Part shown: positions 61,855 to 64,000 of the stretch, one piece after another | How positions within the stretch are numbered: position 1 is the stretch's first letter | Layout: every line of letters begins with the position of its first letter | Assembly: GCF_000002865.3 (NCBI RefSeq) | Contig: NW_001865085.1 | Coordinates: 68,256-132,255 of the forward strand | DNA length: 64,000 nt | Origin: Monosiga brevicollis MX1 | Lineage: Eukaryota | Reading direction: 5' to 3' | Program-made: the position numbers and the translations under genes | The notes under the pieces: model-generated | Seen by the model: the letters and a program-made list of their open reading frames with translations, nothing else | The model's database searches: none | What the model was told of the DNA's origin: nothing

Positions 61855-64000
61855 ATGGACCTCACAACTTGGCTCACCTCTCTCAAACTGGAGGAATATG
61901 GCGCTCTGCTCGAGCACCATGGCATCACCTCGATCCATCAGCTCTCCATCTTGACTGAGGAACAACTGATTACCATGGGCATGGATAAAATTGGCCATCG
62001 TCGTCGCCTCCTCAAAAATGCCAAAGAACTGATGGCCCCTTCGGTCCAGCCCGCTTCTACACAAGCTCAGCCCCCTGTCGTACCCACCAAAACCAAGGCT
62101 CCGCCACCCGTTCCCCCTAAATCCCGAGGTTGGCCATTCGTGCTGGCACTGTGCCCCTTGGCGCTGAACTACACATGATTTCACCCACCCCTCATCCTCT
62201 TTTCCCTCCTTCCTCCTCCTCCTCCACCACCACCACCACCTCCTGCTTATCCTTCTCCTGCTTATCCTTCTCCGCCCTGCTAGGCCCCTCAACGTCCACA
62301 GAGCAAAACGATAGCGATTGTATGTCCCACCCCCCTTCTGCCTTTGGTCCATGATGCCTTCTTCGCCCGTCATCCCCTCGGCTTGAGAGATTGTATCCCG
62401 CCGCAACCGCCGCAGCACCTCTTCTCAACCTGCTCACTCCTTGGCCGCGCCTTTTACCTTTGTAGCCGCCCCTCCCCCACTGCCCCGCAAAGCTGGATCC
62501 CTGCGCCCCACCCCAGCACTGGCGCAAGAGGAGAAAAAGCTTCAGCCCCGCTCCAAATCGCCCATCATGCCTCCGAGTCGCCCCCCACCCCCTCGCGACT
62601 CCGCCCCCGTGCCCGTGTCTGCAGCCGCCACCGCTCCACCGGCCGTGCCCCGAAAAACTCGACCCAGCGACTCTTCAACTCGAGGCCCTGCTCTCTTGCC
62701 GCCCTCAAATCGTGCTGCACCCCCCCCCTCACTTCACGCTACCCCAGTGCCCAAACCTTCGCGCCCACCCCCGCCGGCCGAGTCGGCCCCAGCACGCCCC
62801 TCCCCGCCTTCAGATCCCGCCCCAGCTCGGCCCCAGCGCGAGGACTCTACTCGCAGTACCACCAGCACTACCAGTGGCAACGCAAGCACCCCCGCAACCC
62901 CGCTTTCACCCAAGGCACCCCCGCCCTTGCGTATGTTGGTCGTAGACACCCCCGCGCCCCTGACTCACCCTTGATGCATCGTCCGCAGCCGTGATTTTGT
63001 CTCACGTTCGACATGCGCAACAGCCACACGGCCTAGCGATCCGATCTGGCAGCCTCTCCCCCACCCCCAGGCCGCCCCCAGCCCCCGAAGCTCCCGACTC
63101 GCACCTCGGGTCCTGATGTCCACCGCAACGAGTTTGCCGCTCCCTCGGACGATGATGAGGGCTCGTACATCATGTTGCCCCGCTTACCCTCCGATGCCTC
63201 GCAATTACGCCGGTTTGTTGACCGTGTTCCATCCGCGGGCCCTTCTTCCTCCCCATGCACTCACCATTCTATCCGTGCTCTGCGCGTGCTCCAATGAACG
63301 TGGACGACACAGGGTGTCGATTGGACAACGTCGAGAGAGCTCTCTATTGCCCTCCAGCATGACGCGAGAACAAGCCGCTATGCTCACCGAGCGCTCTGTA
63401 CGTGGTTCTTTGGCGCTGTGCTCGAATAAACAGCAGGGCGAGCCTTCTTAGCTCATCACTTGCCACCGATCTTGGTGACGGTTCTGAAAAATAGGCTGCC
63501 GCACCTCGCACGTTGCAAAAACGCTCCAAGGTGGACTCACACGCCACCAAGGAAGGCTGGCTCTTGAAGCGCGGTGGTGCCACTGGCCGCAAGGGTACAG
63601 AACCTTGGCAACCCGAGTCTGGTCGTCATGCCCACGGCTTGTGGGTTGGCTTCTCACTAACCTTTCTTCCCCTTGTCAATGTCACTCAGGCTGGGATCGA
63701 CGGTATTGCGTGTACAAAGAAGGCGTGCTGTCCTATTTTGTCGGAGACAAAGAGACTCGCCCTCAAGGGTGCATCGCCCTGACGGAAATGAAGGCCATTC
63801 GTCACGATACTGGCCACAAGAATCGTTTCGAACTCGATACCTACGAGCGCACCTTCATCTTCAAGTCTGTTTCTTCCTTCTGCCCGCTCACCTTCTCGGC
63901 TTCTCCCGTTGGCTTGACACTTGTCCTTTCCCCATTCTCACGCATCCCTCACCGCTGCCACAGGGCCGAATCTCCCGAGGAGATGACGTCATGGATGATG
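61855..64000 (+). CDS. SAM - Pro-rich - PH protein, ARAP/centaurin-delta-like, 3'-truncated by the window edge
   Basis: SAM domain MDLTTWLTSLKLEEY...LITMGMDKIGHRRRLL, many PPVPPK/PPRP motifs, and a PH domain KEGWLLKRGG..|WDRRYCVY....LSYF...FELDTYERTFIF|AESPEEMTSW. The GAP domains that would confirm ARAP lie outside the window. Confidence 0.75.

Noticed and set aside
1..64000. A functional phosphotyrosine-signalling gene cluster (cadherin, Tyr-tail receptor, PTPN13-like, ARAP-like)
   Set aside because: These genes are interleaved with unrelated housekeeping genes (ABCF3, SNX3, TIM17) and such genes are abundant in choanoflagellates, so chance suffices.
1..64000. tRNA, rRNA or intact transposable elements
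   Set aside because: None recognised by eye; tRNAscan-SE, Infernal and RepeatMasker would be needed to exclude them.

Overview
Intron-rich, moderately GC-rich eukaryotic DNA with short GT-AG introns, CT/CA microsatellites and a 50-N scaffold gap. Gene content (lefftyrin-type giant cadherin, PTPN13-like phosphatase, ARAP-like SAM-PH protein) points to a choanoflagellate, most likely Monosiga brevicollis (inference). The first 23 kb encode, on the minus strand, the N-terminal ~7,500 aa of a giant cadherin that runs off the left edge. Its last 10.1-kb exon is missing from the ORF track, so I translated parts of it by hand. The protein combines an usherin-like LamG/LamN/EGF/furin-repeat head, about 30 cadherin repeats, a calsyntenin-like LamG module, bacterial-adhesin-like repeats and a TMEM132-like block. 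It also carries a cohesin-like domain and a dockerin separated by an RRRR proprotein-convertase site, a candidate cleave-and-clasp module and the most interesting signal here. Divergent from it is a ~2,300-aa Cys-rich/EGF receptor with 13 consecutive symmetric phase-1 exons and a Tyr-motif tail with no kinase. The rest holds a SAM methyltransferase, a FAM151/menorin-like gene, ABCF3/GCN20, a KIND-FERM-6xPDZ-PTP (PTPN13-like) gene, SNX3, a CCDC83-like coiled-coil gene, TIM17 and the 5' part of an ARAP-like gene. All family assignments are by-eye motif comparisons, not database searches.
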